A DNA stretch of 64,000 nt, taken from the NCBI GenBank assembly GCA_034434635.1, contig DAOTYX010000202.1, forward strand, positions 11,829 to 75,828. The letters run 5' to 3'. Of the stretch, positions 39,280 to 48,614 are shown one piece after another; positions within the stretch are counted from its first letter, which is position 1; each line of letters starts with the position of its first letter. The notes beneath the pieces were generated by a model that saw only the letters and a list, made by a program, of their open reading frames with translations, searched no databases and had not been told where the DNA came from. The position numbers and the translations under genes were made by a program. Source of the DNA: Anaerolineae bacterium. Lineage in GTDB: Bacteria; Chloroflexota; Anaerolineae; B4-G1; DUEL01.

Positions 39280-40736
39280 GAGTGCATCAGCCGGCGCGCC
39301 AGCGACAGCGCTTCCTCGCGGGAGTGGACCTCTCCGGCTGCCTGTGCCTCGCGGATGGCTGCCAGCAACCGCCCCACCTCCGGGCCGGGCAGGAGGTTCA
39401 GCGCCGCCATCAGTTCCTGACCGTTGACCAGCGGCGGGGGGGCCACCGTCCTGGTGTGGTGTTCGAAGTAGTGCTCCAGCAGCGTCTCCGCCGTCCCCAG
39501 CCAGCGCTCCCACAGGGCCACCTGCAGGTTCGCGCCCCACGTTGCCAGGTGGTCGGCCAGGCTCAACAAGACGACCTCTACTCCCACATCGCCCAGGTCG
39601 CGGAAGTAGCGGTAGATGGCGCGGCGGGTGGGGGGCTCCGCCGCCTGGGCCAGATGACTGGGTCGCAGGTGCGCGGCGACGGCCTGACGCACCCGTTCTG
39701 TCTCGGCGTTGCTGAAGCGCAGCGCGCGAAGCCGTTCTGCGGCTATCCCTGCCCCCACGTCTTCGTGGCCATAGAAGTGCAGGCGCCCTTCTTCCTCTTT
39801 TGCGGTCAGCGGCTTGCCCAGGTCGTGGCATAAGGCGGCGAGAATGAACAATGAGCGCTGAGGCGGAAGGGCTGCTGGCGCGAAGCGGGCCAGCGTCCTC
39901 GTGATCTCCTCCCAGGCCCACGCCGGGGCGTCGGTGTAGAAGGTGTGGGGAGGCTGTCCCGTCAGCCCGTCCAGCACGCCTGCGGCGGTCTCTACGGTGT
40001 GCAGCGTGTGCCACCAGACGTCGAAGCGGTGCGGCGCGGTCTGTCTCTGGCCCTTGAGCGGTGCCGTCTCCGGGATCACCTGGACCAGGAGGCCCAGTTC
40101 ATCCAGCAGATGAAGGTGACGGGCGGGGGTGGGAGCGGCCAGCAGGCGGACGAATTCCTCCCGGATCCGCTCCGCTGAGGCGCGGGTGAGGGTGGCGGCG
40201 CGCCCGGCGATCCACCCGGCCGTGTCAGGCTCCAGGTGCAACCCGATCTCGGCCACCAGGCGGACAGCGCGCAGCATCCGCAAGGGGTCGTCGTCGAGCG
40301 CTTTGGGGCTGAGAGCGCGAATGCGGCGCGCCTGCAGGTCCTCCAGCCCGCCCAGAGGGTCAATCAACTCCCCTTCTGGACCGATGGCCATGGCGTTGAG
40401 GGTGAAATCCCGCCCGTGCAGGTCGGCCTCCAGGTCGGGCCCGCGCAGCCGGGCGAAGTCCAGCGTCAGCGCGGGCCCGTCTGTCGGGTGGAGCACGACG
40501 CGACCGGTATCTCGCTCCGTGTCGAGCGGGTAGTAGGCGCCGTGGAGCGCATCGGCCACGGCGCGAGCCAGTCCCAACCCGTCCTGCTCGACGGCGAAGT
40601 CCCAGTCGTGCAGCGGGCGGCCCAGCAGCGCGTCGCGCACGACGCCGCCCACCAGCCAGAGGCGGATGCCGCGCGCCTCAGCGATGGCCTGTACTGGCCC
40701 AAGGGGCCAGGAGGGCAGGCGAACCCGCTCGTTCAT
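39276..40736 (-). CDS. cca: CCA tRNA nucleotidyltransferase (HD-domain type)
   Basis: Pol-beta NTase head (GIRLWLVGGVVRDALLGRPLHDWDFA), RLRALRF... body and an HD domain (LAALCHDLGKP); 486 aa. Confidence 0.8.
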   Translation of the reverse strand: MNERVRLPSWPLGPVQAIAEARGIRLWLVGGVVRDALLGRPLHDWDFAVEQDGLGLARAVADALHGAYYPLDTERDTGRVVLHPTDGPALTLDFARLRGPDLEADLHGRDFTLNAMAIGPEGELIDPLGGLEDLQARRIRALSPKALDDDPLRMLRAVRLVAEIGLHLEPDTAGWIAGRAATLTRASAERIREEFVRLLAAPTPARHLHLLDELGLLVQVIPETAPLKGQRQTAPHRFDVWWHTLHTVETAAGVLDGLTGQPPHTFYTDAPAWAWEEITRTLARFAPAALPPQRSLFILAALCHDLGKPLTAKEEEGRLHFYGHEDVGAGIAAERLRALRFSNAETERVRQAVAAHLRPSHLAQAAEPPTRRAIYRYFRDLGDVGVEVVLLSLADHLATWGANLQVALWERWLGTAETLLEHYFEHHTRTVAPPPLVNGQELMAALNLLPGPEVGRLLAAIREAQAAGEVHSREEALSLARRLMHS

Positions 40737-41786
40737 CTACGGTGTGACGCTCAGAATCTGCCCCACTTCGATGTGGTAGTCCGCGCCGATGGAGTTCCGC
40801 GCCGCCAGTTGCTCAACGGTCATCCCGAAGCGGCGGGCGATGGAGAAGACGGTATCGCCGGCCTGGACGTAGTAGCCGTAGCCGCCCTGCGGTGGCGCGA
40901 CCGGCACGAGCACCATCGCGCCAGCGCTGACGGCGTTCGGGTCGGCCAGGTTGCTGGCGGCGGCGATGGCCTGGGCGGTGGTGCCGAAACGCAGGCCGAT
41001 GCGGTAGAGGTTCTCGCCGGGCTGTACCACGTAGTAGATGCCAGTGCCGGAGAGGGAGGGCTGCGCGGTCGGCTGCGGGATGGGGGTCGCCGCGGCGCCC
41101 GGCGTGGCTGTGGGCAGGATGACAGGCGGCGCAGTGGGCGTGGCGGCCGGTGTGGACGCGGGGGCCGGCGTGACATCGGCCATACCGACGGTGATCAGGC
41201 CGTCGGAGAGCGGCTCGATGGTCAGGCTGTTGCCGTTGGGGTCGGTGGCGGCGATGCTCTCGAAGCGCAGCGGCGTGCCGCCCTCGGCGATGCCGCGCAG
41301 GGTGATGGTGGCGACGATGCCGCTGCCGTCAGCGCCGGTGCCGGCGGACTGGCTTACCTGGTAAATGATATGCCCGTCTGTGCCGGTCACCCCGTTCTGT
41401 AGCACCTGGTCGGGTTGCGGGATCCGGCCGGGAGCGATCTGCACACCCTGCGCAGCGGGATCGGCGTCTTCCACCTGGACGTAGGCGGGATTGAAACTCA
41501 TCTCCAGCGAGAGGGTGTTGAGGTGCCAGGCGCTGTCCACCCAGACATTGACGGTAGCGGTGCCGCCAAGGGGCAGGTTCAGGACAGAGGGTTCCAGGTA
41601 GAGACTGGGGGGCAGTGCGGGGGGTGGGGCGCTCGTGGGCGTGACTTCGAAGGCGACGATGGGGGTCACGGTGGGCGGGGCGGAAGTGGGGAGGATGGGG
41701 GTGATCTCGGAGCGGGCAGTGCGGCCGCAGCCGGTAAGGAGCAGGAGAAGCAGGCCGACGCAGAGCCAGGGCGTTATCCTTCGCAT
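40737..41786 (-). CDS. lipoprotein with a beta-sandwich (cohesin/Big-like) domain and two C-terminal LysM domains
   Basis: Lipobox LLLTGCG; PT-rich segments; two LysM repeats (YYVVQPGENLYRIGLRFGTTAQAIAAASNL and YYVQAGDTVFSIARRFGMTVEQLAARNSI). Confidence 0.7.
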   Translation of the reverse strand: MRRITPWLCVGLLLLLLTGCGRTARSEITPILPTSAPPTVTPIVAFEVTPTSAPPPALPPSLYLEPSVLNLPLGGTATVNVWVDSAWHLNTLSLEMSFNPAYVQVEDADPAAQGVQIAPGRIPQPDQVLQNGVTGTDGHIIYQVSQSAGTGADGSGIVATITLRGIAEGGTPLRFESIAATDPNGNSLTIEPLSDGLITVGMADVTPAPASTPAATPTAPPVILPTATPGAAATPIPQPTAQPSLSGTGIYYVVQPGENLYRIGLRFGTTAQAIAAASNLADPNAVSAGAMVLVPVAPPQGGYGYYVQAGDTVFSIARRFGMTVEQLAARNSIGADYHIEVGQILSVTP

Positions 41787-41810
41787 AGTGAGCCTCCTTC
41801 GCTGAGCAAG

Positions 41811-42629
41811 TCAGGTTAGCACGCTCGCTAACCGCGACCAATCGGCAAGGGTTAGCCGCTCGGCGCGCTGACGCGGCTCGATCCCCGCGCGCTCGAGGGC
41901 TGCGACGACGGCTTCTGGCTCCAACCCCAGGCCGGCGGCCAGGCTGTTGCGCAGTTGCTTGCGGGGTTGGGAGAAGCCGGCACGCACGACCCTGAAGAAC
42001 TTACTGGCGTCGCTGACCTCGACGGGCAGGGAAGGGTGGCGGTCAATGCGGATCACCGCTGATTCGACCTCCGGCGGGGGAAAGAAGAGGCCTGGCTTGA
42101 GGCGGAAGAGGAGCCGCGGCTGGCCGTAGAACTGCACGCTCACAGCCAGCAGGCTCATCCGCCCGCCGCGGGCGACGATCCGCTCGGCGACCTCCCGCTG
42201 TACGGTGACCACCATCCGCTGCGGCGGCACACTCGCCTCCAGCAGGTGACGGAGCACCGCGGAGGTGATGGCGTAGGGCAGGTTGGCGACGACTTTGTAC
42301 GGTTGCCCTCCCAACAGCATCGCCGGGTCGAGTTCGAGGATGTCGCCGATGACCAGGCGGACATTGGCACGACCGGCCACAGTCTCCCGAAACGGAGCGG
42401 CCAGGCGATCGTCCACCTCGACGGCCACGACCTCTCTTGCGGCCTCGGCCAGGTGGGCCGTCAGGTGGCCCAGGCCGGCACCGATCTCCAGCACGATGTC
42501 CGAACGGTTGACCTCCGCCGCTGCGACGATACGCTCCAGCACCGCGTCGTCGGTCAGAAAATGCTGGCCCAGGCTCTTGGAGGGTTGCAGGTCGAAGCGA
42601 CGCAGCAGCGCAGGCAGGCTTTCCATCAC
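41811..42629 (-). CDS. rsmA: 16S rRNA (adenine1518/1519-N6)-dimethyltransferase RsmA/KsgA
   Basis: LGQHFLTD, VLEIGAGLGHLT, NLPYAITS motifs; 272 aa. Confidence 0.9.
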   Translation of the reverse strand: MMESLPALLRRFDLQPSKSLGQHFLTDDAVLERIVAAAEVNRSDIVLEIGAGLGHLTAHLAEAAREVVAVEVDDRLAAPFRETVAGRANVRLVIGDILELDPAMLLGGQPYKVVANLPYAITSAVLRHLLEASVPPQRMVVTVQREVAERIVARGGRMSLLAVSVQFYGQPRLLFRLKPGLFFPPPEVESAVIRIDRHPSLPVEVSDASKFFRVVRAGFSQPRKQLRNSLAAGLGLEPEAVVAALERAGIEPRQRAERLTLADWSRLASVLT

Positions 42630-42631
42630 CG

Positions 42632-43998
42632 TTATTCGATCACGTAGTCAATCTGGTCGGCAGGGGGCACGGGAGTCAGCAGATAGACGTTCACCCAGCG
42701 GTACCACAGCACCAGGTCCTCGTCAGCGTAGCCCAGGTCAATGCGCCGTCCGCGGATACCGCTGCCGCGGTCGCAGGCGTAGCCGATGCCGTAGCCGGGC
42801 ACGTAGACATAACTCTTCCACGGCACCAGGTTGGAGACGGCGACAATGCCGTTGCCCATCTGACATCCGCCAGCAGTGTGGCCGTACCAGGAAGCGCTGC
42901 GCGGGGTGCCGGCAGTGGAAGCGCTGTAGGAGGTGGCGAGCATGCGGATGACCCGCCAGTACTCCACCGGCCCCTCTGGTGTGTCCAGCGTGCGGACGAC
43001 GATCTGCGTGCCGTAGCCATAGATTTTGTTCGTCGGTGGGACGAGGACGAACTCGTTCTCCACCGTGCGGGAGACCTCCTGGCCGTTCTCGTAGTGGACG
43101 CGTACGCGGCGTTCGAGCACGCCAGCAGCACCTTCCTGGATGAGGCGCTGGTTGTCTATCTCCATCTCGGGGTCGGGTTGCCAGACGATCTCGTAGGGGA
43201 TCGGCTCCTGCTGGATCAGGAAGCGTTCGCTGACGCGGACCACCTCGATTGTTGTGTTCTCGCCGAGAGGGGTCTCGGGCGCGGGGCGGGTGTAGTCGGC
43301 GCCGATGAGCACCACCCCCAGGTCGGCGAGCACCTCGCCGACCGTCTGGCGGTGGGTGCGGGTGCGCACGGTGCGCCCGTCCACCTGCACCGTGACCGGG
43401 CGGGAGCGGTCCAGGTAGATGTGCATGCCGGCGGAGAGGGGCTGTCCCTGATCCGGCTGGACCCGGTCGGCCAGGTAGAGGGTGATGCCGGCCTCGCGCA
43501 GCGCAGCGCCGACGGTGGCGGCGGTGGTGCGAAGGGGGATCGTCTGGCCGTCCTCGTGCAGGGTGACAGGGACTGCCCGCTGTACGGTCATCTGCAGCAC
43601 GCTTTCCCCGTCCGCGCCGACGCGCTCTTCCAGTGCGACGTGGTCGTCGGGGTTGAGGGCCAGGCCGACGGCGGACAGGATCTGGTCGGTGTCGGTGGCC
43701 ATTGTGCGCAGGCGCCATTCCTGACCGTCGGCGCGGATCACGATCGGACGGGCGTGGGTGAGGCGGACGGTCATCCCTGGCGTGAGGGGGTGATCGGCAG
43801 AGGGTTCCACCAGGTCCTCCGGATGCACGGTGAGGCCGGCGTCCAGGAGAAAGGCGCCCACGCTTTCCTGATGGGTGTGCATGAGGGTGGTCTGGCCGTC
43901 CACGACCAGCGTGACGGGAGTCAGGCTGGCCTGGTAGCCGGCGGCCAGGCCGCCGGATAGTGTCAATAATGCCAGGAAGATCAGGGTTTTTTTCATCA
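42632..43998 (-). CDS. cell-wall protein with 4x DUF348, G5 and a C-terminal 3D (MltA-like) domain (YabE / RpfB-like architecture)
   Basis: Start MKKTLIFLALLTLSGGLAAG; four repeats of the form V(T/P)VxVDGQ(T/E)xxLRTxAxTVGxxLxxAG(I/L)T (DUF348); a G5 segment; C-terminal 3D-domain signature ATSYSAS...YGHTAGGCQMGNGIVAV...GYACDRGSGIRGRRIDLGY. Confidence 0.75.
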
Positions 43999-44159
43999 AT
44001 CCTTTTTTCGGTGTAAGGGCGAAGCGTTCTTCGGTGCTCTGCACCGGAGAAAGCTTCGCCCCTACAAGGTGGTGACCGTGCACCCTCCTTCGAACCGTGC
44101 CACGCGGCTTGTCATCCTCAGCCGGCTCGGGGCAGGCGACCCTGCGGCACCCAGGAGGG

Positions 44160-44335
44160 TCTCCTTACCGTTGCTTCCTCCCGGACCTGGCGGGGTTCGG
44201 GGTCTCCTGCCGCGCAGGACCCGCCCGTCAACGCTGGCCGATGATGACAGTCTCGCATACACTGCGCCCTGGGGAGGGGGTTCAACCCCGCTATGGCGGA
44301 TTGCGGGTACAGGGCACCGCCAGCTCCCCGTCTAG
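44160..44335 (-). promoter_or_regulatory. candidate ydaO-type (c-di-AMP) riboswitch aptamer in the 5' leader of the DUF348-G5-3D gene
   Basis: Minus-strand RNA: GACGGGGAGCUGGCGG...GCGGGGUUGAACCCC...CCCGAACCCCGCCAGGUCCGGGAGGAAGCAACGG. It shows two pseudo-symmetric ACGG(G/A)GGAxC / CCGGxAGGxAxCAA elements and a GGGGUUxAxC element, resembling what I recall of ydaO RNAs. An extended stem-loop (GGGCGAAGC...GCUUCGCCC) follows as a possible expression platform before the AAGGA RBS. The genetic context (wall-remodelling 3D/G5 gene, about 525-nt non-coding spacer) fits known ydaO associations. Not verified by a covariance model. Confidence 0.45.
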
Positions 44336-44504
44336 CACGGTCACCACACGCATGCTAGCCCAGAGTGGGGGTTTTGTCAACCGAGAGGTTGGTGATTGCT
44401 CACATCTCACCACAAAGGCACCAAGGCACCAAGATTGGAGAGAGAACAGCCTTTCTTGGAGTCTTTGCGACTTCGTGGTGAGAGAGGAGGATCTCTCTGC
44501 TGGG

Positions 44505-44521
44505 CGCGGTCTCTGACCGCG
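44505..44521 (-). terminator. short GC hairpin immediately after the ftsK stop
   Basis: cgcggtc-tct-gaccgcg begins 4 nt after the TAA (minus strand). No U-tract. Weak. Confidence 0.3.
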
Positions 44522-44524
44522 TTC

Positions 44525-46747
44525 TTACTCGCCGCCGATGACGCGGCGTTGCCGGCCGGCGGCTTCCTGTGGCCCGACCAGGCCCATCTCCTCCAACTGC
44601 TCCATCAGCCGGGCGGCGCGGGGGTAGCCGATGCGCAGTCGCCGTTGCAGGTAGGAGGCGGTGACGCCCTCCTGGCCTTGCACCAGTCGGATCGCCTGTT
44701 CGAGCAGGTCATCATCTTCGTCTCCTGCGCCTGCTGCGTCCCCGCCGCCCGCGTGCATCATCGGCTCCCATGGCGGTTCGGCGACCTGGGCGGGCAACTG
44801 CTGTTTCCAGAAGGCCACGACCCGGTCCACCTCTGCCTCGCTGACAAAACAGCCCTGGACGCGCACGGGATGGCCGGCGTCGGCGGCCAGGTAGAGCATG
44901 TCTCCCTTGCCCAGAAGCGTCTCCGCGCCGGGCATGTCCAGGATGACCCGCGAGTCCACCTGGCTGGCGGTGGCGAAGGAGATGCGCGCCGGGAAGTTGG
45001 CCTTGATCAACCCGGTGACCACATCCACGCTGGGCCGCTGCGTGGCGACAACCAGGTGGATGCCCGTGGCGCGGGCCATCTGGGCGATGCGACAGATCGT
45101 GCGCTCGGTCTCCTGGGGGGCCAGCATCATCAGGTCGGCCAGTTCGTCAATGAAGACAGCGATGCGAGGGAGCCGCTCCTCTGGGGTGCGCCGGGCGACG
45201 CGCTGGTTGTAGTCATCCAGGTGACGCGCTCCCGCGGCGGCGAACTGCTTGTAGCGGCGGTCCATCTCGTGGGCCACCCAGCGCAGGACGCGGGTGATCC
45301 GCTCCAGGTCGTACTCGGCGCGTCCCAGGGGATGGGGTAGCCCATTGAAGCGCACCAGTTCGACCATCTTGGGGTCAATCAAGACCATGCGCAGGTCGCT
45401 GGGCGAGTTGTTCATCGCCAGGCAGGTGGCGATGGCCTTGATGCAGACCGACTTGCCGGAACCGGTGGTGCCGGCGATGAGCAGATGGGGCATCTGCGCC
45501 AGGTCGGCCACGATGGGTTCTCCGGCCACGTTCTGGCCCAGGGCGATGGCCAGGGGGGTCTCCATCTCCTGGAAGGCCTCGCTCTCCATCACCGCGCGCA
45601 GGGTGACGACGGAGACCTGGTCATTGGGGACCTCGATCCCGACGACGGAGCGGCCGGGGACAGGGGCTTCGATACGCAGCGAAGGGGCGGCCAGGGCCAG
45701 GGCCAGGTCATCGGCCAGGGTGGTGATCTGGCTGACGCGCACCTTCTGCGCCTTCCGTCGCCCTTCCGGGCCGCTCCGCTCGGTGAAGCCGGGGGCGATG
45801 CCGAACTGTGTCACCACCGGGCCACGGCGCACGTCCACCACCTGTACCGGTATGCCGAACTGCGCCAGGGTCTCCTCGATGATGCGGCTTTTCTCTCTGA
45901 CCTCGCGATCGCTCAGCCCCCCGTTCCTGGCGGGTTCGAGCAGGTCCAGCGGGGGCAGGCGCAGCGCCTCGGGCGGGACGGCGGTGAGGGGGATGGGTTC
46001 GGCGGCGCGGGGTGGTGGAGGTGGCGCAGGGCGGGCGGGGGCCGGGCGCGAGACAGCCGTATCGGCGGGCCGCGGTGCAGGCCGTTCCTGCTGAGAGGGA
46101 GGCGGGGTCGGGCGGGGCCGCGGCGTGACGGACGGCTGCACAGCGCGCGGGGTGTGCCGGCTGGGGGTCGCCATTCCCCGCTGGGGCTGTCTCAGCGACT
46201 CCAGGGTGAGGTCGAAGGTGAGAGCAATCCCCAGGGCGAGCACGATCGTCAGCAACAGCCCGGCGACGATGGGGCCAAGATAGCGGGTCAGCAGGCCGGA
46301 GAGCGCCCAGCCGATCAGTCCTCCGCCCCAACCGCTCTCGACCAACCCCCAGGGGTCGGCGTATCCGGCGATGAGGTGGGTCAACCCGAGCAGGCTGAAG
46401 AAGAGCAATTCCAGCCCCACCAGCGGTCGCCAGCGCCAGTGGACCGGCTGGTCGAGCAGATGGCGCAGGAGGAGGATACCCGCCGCGCCGATCGCGACGG
46501 TCACCGGCACGACGCCCCAGCCGAACAGGAAGCGGAGCGCACGAACCCAGGCATCGGTCCAACGGCCCGTGCTGAGGTGGAGGATCGGGCCGAGGAGCGT
46601 GAGCAGGGTCAGCAGCGCCAGGACGATCAGCAGCAGGGCGCCGATCTGTTGCAGCACGGGGCTGCCGAGCCAGGCCCAGCGTGAGACCGGCTCGTCGCGG
46701 CGGCGCGGCGTGCTTTTCTGACTGGGGTAAGTGCGTTTCCTGGTCAT
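44525..46747 (-). CDS. ftsK: DNA translocase FtsK/SpoIIIE
   Basis: N-terminal 4-TM domain, Pro/Ala-rich linker, Walker A (LLIAGTTGSGKSV), alpha/beta motor and a gamma winged-helix C-terminus; 740 aa. Confidence 0.9.
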   Translation of the reverse strand: MTRKRTYPSQKSTPRRRDEPVSRWAWLGSPVLQQIGALLLIVLALLTLLTLLGPILHLSTGRWTDAWVRALRFLFGWGVVPVTVAIGAAGILLLRHLLDQPVHWRWRPLVGLELLFFSLLGLTHLIAGYADPWGLVESGWGGGLIGWALSGLLTRYLGPIVAGLLLTIVLALGIALTFDLTLESLRQPQRGMATPSRHTPRAVQPSVTPRPRPTPPPSQQERPAPRPADTAVSRPAPARPAPPPPPRAAEPIPLTAVPPEALRLPPLDLLEPARNGGLSDREVREKSRIIEETLAQFGIPVQVVDVRRGPVVTQFGIAPGFTERSGPEGRRKAQKVRVSQITTLADDLALALAAPSLRIEAPVPGRSVVGIEVPNDQVSVVTLRAVMESEAFQEMETPLAIALGQNVAGEPIVADLAQMPHLLIAGTTGSGKSVCIKAIATCLAMNNSPSDLRMVLIDPKMVELVRFNGLPHPLGRAEYDLERITRVLRWVAHEMDRRYKQFAAAGARHLDDYNQRVARRTPEERLPRIAVFIDELADLMMLAPQETERTICRIAQMARATGIHLVVATQRPSVDVVTGLIKANFPARISFATASQVDSRVILDMPGAETLLGKGDMLYLAADAGHPVRVQGCFVSEAEVDRVVAFWKQQLPAQVAEPPWEPMMHAGGGDAAGAGDEDDDLLEQAIRLVQGQEGVTASYLQRRLRIGYPRAARLMEQLEEMGLVGPQEAAGRQRRVIGGE

Positions 46748-46753
46748 CTCCCG

Positions 46754-47743
46754 TTATGCGCTCGGCGTGGCCCGTCGCAGGCTGAGCGCCAGGCGGCGAC
46801 GGCCGGGGTCCAGGCTGATGATCATGGCCTGCACCTGCTGGCCTTCCTGAACCACGTTGCGCGGGTGAAGGAAGCTGCCCTCGGCCAGTTCGGAAGCGTG
46901 GATCAGCCCCTCTACGCCTTCTTCCACCTGGGCGAAGGCGCCGAAGTCCACCACGTGGGTGACGGTGGCGCTGATGATCTGTCCGACGCTGTAGCGGGTC
47001 TCGAGGGATTGCCACGGGTCGGGTTGAGCGCGCTTGATGCTCAGCCCCACGCGGTCCCGTTCCCGGTCCACGTTGAGGATACAGACCTTCACCTGCTGGC
47101 CGGGGCGGAGGACGTCAGAGGGGTGGGTGATGCGGCCCCAGGAGATCTCGGAGATGTGCACCAACCCTTCGATGCCGCCCAGGTCAACGAAGGCGCCGAA
47201 GGAGCAGAGGTTGGTGATGCGCCCGTGGCGCATTTCGCCGGGCACAAGTTGCCGCAGCAGCATCTGGCGTTGCTCCTCGTCGGAGCGGGTAGCGCGCTCC
47301 GAGAGCACCAGGCGGCTGCGTTCGGGGTCCACCTCGATCACCTTGAGCCTCAGCACCTGGCCGACGCGGGACTGCAGGATTCGTTCCCGTTCCTGTTCGT
47401 CCATGTAGGTGGGAATCTCGGCCAGGTGGGAGATGGGGACAAAGCCCTGTTGTCCGTTCCACTCGACCAGGAGGCCGCCACGGTTGTAGCCCACGGCGGT
47501 CAGTTCCAGCACGCTTCCTTCTTGCATCATCCGCGTGGCGGTCTCCCAGTCGGTGGTATCCGCTGTCTGTTCCGGGGGGGCCAGGTTATCTTCGTTTATC
47601 AGTCCAAGGCACCGCCAGATCTCGTGCGGCGGGGCGGGTGGGGCCGGGCAACGGCTGGCTTCACCATCTTCGATGAGTGCCTGCCAATACTCTTCCTCAA
47701 CCGGCGTGTTCGGCGCTGAGAAGTAGATGCTCGTTTCTCCCAT
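46754..47743 (-). CDS. S1 RNA-binding-domain protein (three S1 repeats)
   Basis: Three S1 folds (GSVLELTAVGYNRGGLLVEW..., GEMRHGRITNLCSFGAFVDLGG..., GQIISATVTHVVDFGAFAQV...). The first ATG, at 47743, is used. The track's longer ORF begins with a TTG inside a tandem repeat. Confidence 0.7.
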   Translation of the reverse strand: MGETSIYFSAPNTPVEEEYWQALIEDGEASRCPAPPAPPHEIWRCLGLINEDNLAPPEQTADTTDWETATRMMQEGSVLELTAVGYNRGGLLVEWNGQQGFVPISHLAEIPTYMDEQERERILQSRVGQVLRLKVIEVDPERSRLVLSERATRSDEEQRQMLLRQLVPGEMRHGRITNLCSFGAFVDLGGIEGLVHISEISWGRITHPSDVLRPGQQVKVCILNVDRERDRVGLSIKRAQPDPWQSLETRYSVGQIISATVTHVVDFGAFAQVEEGVEGLIHASELAEGSFLHPRNVVQEGQQVQAMIISLDPGRRRLALSLRRATPSA

Positions 47744-47750
47744 AAATCGC

Positions 47751-47836
47751 TCTCCAATTCCCAATGACCAATTTACCAATTCCCAATGACCAATTTACCA
47801 ATGACCAATTTACCAATTCCCAATGACCAATCTACC
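47751..47836. repeat. CCAATGACCAATTTAC tandem repeat
   Basis: ccaattcccaatgaccaatttaccaattcccaatgaccaatttaccaatgaccaatttaccaattcccaatgaccaatctacc fills the spacer between the CBS-gene stop and the S1-gene start. Confidence 0.9.
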
Positions 47837-47844
47837 TCCCCCCC

Positions 47845-48495
47845 TTACACCTGACGCACATCCAGTATCTCTCGCACTACAGGCCGGAGCACCTCCAGGA
47901 GCCGTTCTTGTGGCACGTCCTGCACTTTGAACGTGATCTCCCACTGTGTGCCGCGGCTGTCTGTCAACTCCCGAAAGCCGAGGCCGACGATGTCCCCGCC
48001 TGCGTCAAAGATCACGTTGGTGATTCTGGCCAGTGTTCCCTTCGCGTCGGGGACGGAGACGGTCACACGCACGCCTCGTCGGCGCCCACCGAGCAGTTGC
48101 AGGAATGCCTTGAACAGATCGGTCTCGGTGATGATGCCAACCAGGCGCTCCTCCTGCATGACCGGCAGGCCGCCGATTCTGTAGTCGGCCATGATGCGCG
48201 CGGCCTCTTCGAGGGGTGTGTCTTCGGTTGTGGTGATCACCTTTGAGGTCATCACTTTCTCGACCCTGATCCTGGCGAGCAGTTCGGGGATTTCCCATAC
48301 CGCCAGCGTCGTCGCGGGTGAGGGCGAGGCGTAGAGCAGGTCCTTGTCGGAGACAATGCCGACCAGGGCACCCTGGCTGTTCACCACGGGCAGGCGGCGG
48401 ATCTTCTTCTCGCGCATCAGGCGCAGGGCGTCCGGCACTGTGGTGTCGGGTGTGACCGTGATCGGGTCGCGGGTCATACATTCTCGGACTAGCAT
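47845..48495 (-). CDS. CBS-pair + ACT-like domain protein
   Basis: Two CBS motifs (ITVTPDTTVPDALRLMREKKIRRLPVV; VITTTEDTPLEEAARIMADYRIGGLPVM) and a C-terminal ACT-like beta-alpha-beta-beta-alpha region. ATG at 48495 with an AAAGGAGAG RBS, shorter than the track ORF. Confidence 0.7.
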   Translation of the reverse strand: MLVRECMTRDPITVTPDTTVPDALRLMREKKIRRLPVVNSQGALVGIVSDKDLLYASPSPATTLAVWEIPELLARIRVEKVMTSKVITTTEDTPLEEAARIMADYRIGGLPVMQEERLVGIITETDLFKAFLQLLGGRRRGVRVTVSVPDAKGTLARITNVIFDAGGDIVGLGFRELTDSRGTQWEITFKVQDVPQERLLEVLRPVVREILDVRQV

Positions 48496-48585
48496 GGCTC
48501 TCTCCTTTCGTTGTACTGTAAAGACCTGTCTGAACAACCCCGCCGCTGGTGCATCCCTGTGTCGGCGGGGTGGCTCTTCGGGAGT

Positions 48586-48614
48586 ATTATGGAGACTTGT
48601 GAGGGAATTGTCAA
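48586..48614 (-). promoter_or_regulatory. candidate promoter of the CBS gene (TTGACA-N17-CATAAT on the minus strand)
   Basis: The -35 overlaps the stop of the upstream regulator gene. The about 90-nt leader contains the CCCCGCCG...CGGCGGGG hairpin followed by UUGUU. Confidence 0.45.

Noticed and set aside
37672-40014. 780-aa minus-strand ORF
   Set aside because: Antisense to the GH-like gene and overlapping cca. The translation is RRGR-rich junk.
44062-44516. Several 60-140-aa ORFs in the ftsK / 3D-gene spacer
   Set aside because: They have no RBS and no conserved features, and they overlap the region better explained as a structured riboswitch-type leader on the minus strand.
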